A stretch of 63,904 nt of DNA, filler included, from Parasitella parasitica NRRL 2501 (lineage: Eukaryota; Fungi; Mucoromycota): assembly GCA_025201805.1 (NCBI GenBank). It is 8 parts of 8 records of this genome, joined end to end, with 100 filler letters (N's around TTAATTAATTAA, not from the genome) between each part and the next. Parts side by side here need not be neighbours in the genome. Positions count along the whole stretch, not along the records: positions 60,809 to 62,739 come from MU619306.1; positions 62,840 to 63,904 come from MU619681.1; 6 more parts are not named here. The stretch is one strand, 5' to 3'. Every line of letters starts with the position of its first letter. Position 1 is the stretch's first letter. The position numbers were made by a program, and so were the translations under genes. This document shows, piece by piece, positions 62,144 through 63,904 of the stretch. Under the pieces are notes generated by a model. That model searched no databases, was not told where the DNA came from, and saw only the letters and a program-made list of their open reading frames with translations.

Positions 62144-62275
62144 TGTTGAGATCTGCAAGATCGAAATAAGAAAAGTATAATATAAAACGTTGAATTAACG
62201 AGATACTAAAACTTGAGATTACTTTATTAAAGATTCAACTTTGCATCTGCTATTTATGCTTTTTACAACAACATA
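62144..62275. repeat. LTR-like repeat shared with 59469-59575
   Basis: Both begin TGTTG and share TTAACGAGATAC...ACTTTATT...TTGCATCTGCTATTTAT.CTTTTTAC. Far ends not defined. Confidence 0.55.
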
Positions 62276-63904
62276 AATTTTTGGTGACTTAGTTAAAATA
62301 CTAGTCGATACTAATCGATCAGAATAATTTGCAAGCAACATCATATCCTTAACAGCAGGGTACGATGTAATATTATACTACAAGGTTATTGATCTTTGAT
62401 CTGACAGTATACCTTATTGTTTGCCAATCATACAGATCTGTGTTACAGATAACCTTCCTGATTTGAAACAAAAAAGGCTTTATTCTCCTGTTTCGACAAG
62501 TAATAACAACACATCATTGGACAATCTCCAATCTTTAATTGAAGTATACTATCATGATCTCCTAACCTACATTATGGCAGATCACTCACACTTGTATCTT
62601 ATCCTCCCATCAGTCCACTTAGATTCTACACTAGTATATAAACCGTCATTTTTCCAATAAACGAGATCTTTGTTGTGCCAGTGTCAAAGGGCCCAGCGTA
62701 ATGTTATGTAAATATGATTTGTATAAAGTAATAAAGACTNNNNNNNNNNNNNNNNNNNNNNNNNNNNNNNNNNNNNNNNNNNNTTAATTAATTAANNNNN
62801 NNNNNNNNNNNNNNNNNNNNNNNNNNNNNNNNNNNNNNNCATGGTTATTACTGACGTTAGTTGATTCATGACAATTACCCGATTTGAAATTGAAGCAGCT
62901 GCTGGGGTATTTGCTATATACAAGAAATGTGCATCAGTTAAATGAATTTATTGACGATAATAACAAATAACCACCTACATTAACTGTAAAAAGAGACGAT
63001 ACACTAGATCATATAAAATACTCGAAAAAGAAGCAAGGAGGCAGCATCTTGAAAAAAAGTAGCAAGGTTTAGCTTCATAACATTTAGAATCCAGGGCAAA
63101 AATGAGCAACAAACCTCTCATATTATTGTATATGTTCAGATACTGGACACAAAAATAAACCTGTACCATGCCTAAATAGTAGAAGAGATCTAGTTTTAGT
63201 GTATTATTAATAAAGCAAAAGAAGCAAGCCAAAAAGTATGGAATACTACTTTGACATTTACACCCAAACGACGTAATGCAAAAAAGTGATTCATACAAAG
63301 TATCATCTCTAACTATTGCCTATATTCAGCAGTAAAATATTCAGTTATTTAGTTGCTACAAACAATTTAATGCACATAGCAATACCATGCTCTCGTATGA
63401 AAGATTAAACTGAGTAGAGCCTCTATATATTATTGACAAAAGGATGATTAATAGTTTGTTAAAATAAACTCGAATACATACCATGATGACAGCAATACGC
63501 AAAATATGTTGGGTATGATTTCTTTACACTAAGCTATACTGCAAGTTGTTCCTTGATGAAAGAGAAGAAACTGCAATTTTTTATGATGAAACTGCAGATA
63601 CGTGAAGATGTTATTACTCTGTATAATGTACTTATATTTGGCACAAATGTGCTAATATTGTGTGTTTTTTAAGTTAAAATACCAGTTCATAAAGTTTTAA
63701 AATTAGTAAGAACAAAAGAAAAAGACCAAAGAGAAGCTAACAAAGAAGCTAAAATATGCATTCGGTTATCACAATATGCAATGTTTTGGGCTAACCATGC
63801 AGGAAGAAACCAATGGAAAAACACCGCTACAAGAGGTCATCTCAACAATTGAAAGCAACCATGTACAAACAAAATATATACTTTATTCAAGTATATTGCT
63901 ACTG

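Overview
AT-rich, intron-containing eukaryotic DNA. Gene content, short introns and the transposon families point to a Mucorales fungus (inference). It is a draft scaffold with several N gaps, most carrying an artificial TTAATTAATTAA linker. Host genes: F-box protein, ankyrin-AAA+ CLPB/Skd3, RAD51, a DYRK kinase, ankyrin and C2H2 proteins, NSR1/nucleolin, a divergent pair of membrane-protein paralogs, CC2D1/Lgd-like, NOL8, a Gly/Pro/Thr repeat protein, Lam1/Sip3-like, PEX26-like and an alpha/beta hydrolase. These are interleaved with Tc1/IS630, Ty3/gypsy, DIRS, Helitron and Fanzor/TnpB remnants. Two loci stand out. (1) 59676-60708: a retrotransposon gag end with a CCHC knuckle and an intact -1 frameshift signal (slippery heptamer plus pseudoknot) that leads into a potyvirus-like CI helicase instead of pol. 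(2) 938-5922: a palindromic Tc1-type structure whose inverted arms (transposase plus hexamer array) enclose a convergent pair made of an Rpn-like PD-(D/E)XK nuclease and a shorter paralog that appears catalytically dead, resembling a toxin-antidote cargo.
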